In this document: one piece after another, positions 63,831 to 64,000 of the stretch
How the letters are laid out: every line of letters starts with the position of its first letter
How positions within the stretch are numbered: the first letter of the stretch is position 1
Origin: Monocercomonoides exilis PA203
Taxonomy: Eukaryota > Protista > Preaxostyla
DNA: 64,000 bases
Direction: 5' to 3'
Assembly: GCA_001643675.2 (NCBI GenBank)
Contig: LSRY02000022.1
Span: 992,001-1,056,000, forward strand
Made by a program: the position numbers and the translations under genes
Notes under the pieces: generated by a model
The model's input: the letters and a program-made list of their open reading frames with translations, nothing else
Databases searched by the model: none
Told to the model about the DNA's origin: nothing

Positions 63831-64000
63831 ATTATTTGTTGTTTTGAAATCATTTTGCGATTTCACAGTCACCTTCAAAAAAGCAAATATTTCTTAGTTT
63901 GCAAAATGTTATAAGAAATAGTTGATTTTAAAAATAAATGCTTCTTTTTTCTCTTTTGATTTTTCACTTTTTTTAGAGAAACTTTCACAGTTGGAACAAT

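Overview
AT-rich, intron-containing eukaryotic DNA, not prokaryotic. Short GT-AG introns, S/E-rich microsatellite-laden ORFs, a multi-copy 'NEIKEIIKYHQEHR' gene family and Cys/Gly-rich GGA/FxxC surface-protein remnants suggest an oxymonad protist such as Monocercomonoides (inference from recalled gene families, no search run). Much of the window is mobile DNA: a decayed Merlin/IS1595-type element containing a MITE, a foldback-like element, three pogo/DDE_1-type elements, and a full-length but inactivated DIRS retrotransposon with its internal complementary region and a strongly structured GC-rich segment. The third pogo element spans about 11.5 kb (47737-59241) because two cargo-carrying non-autonomous elements are nested in it 20 bp apart. 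One has ~500-bp TIRs and an ATTT duplication. The other is hAT-type with an 8-bp TSD and carries a copy of the local multigene family. Apparently intact genes include a 4xUbl-LRLRGG/Cys-domain/RING-H2 protein, a spliced unknown protein, an intronless protein of 14 tandem 30-aa 'PPEWMRH' repeats, and three paralogs of the multigene family. No rRNA, tRNA or CRISPR was seen.
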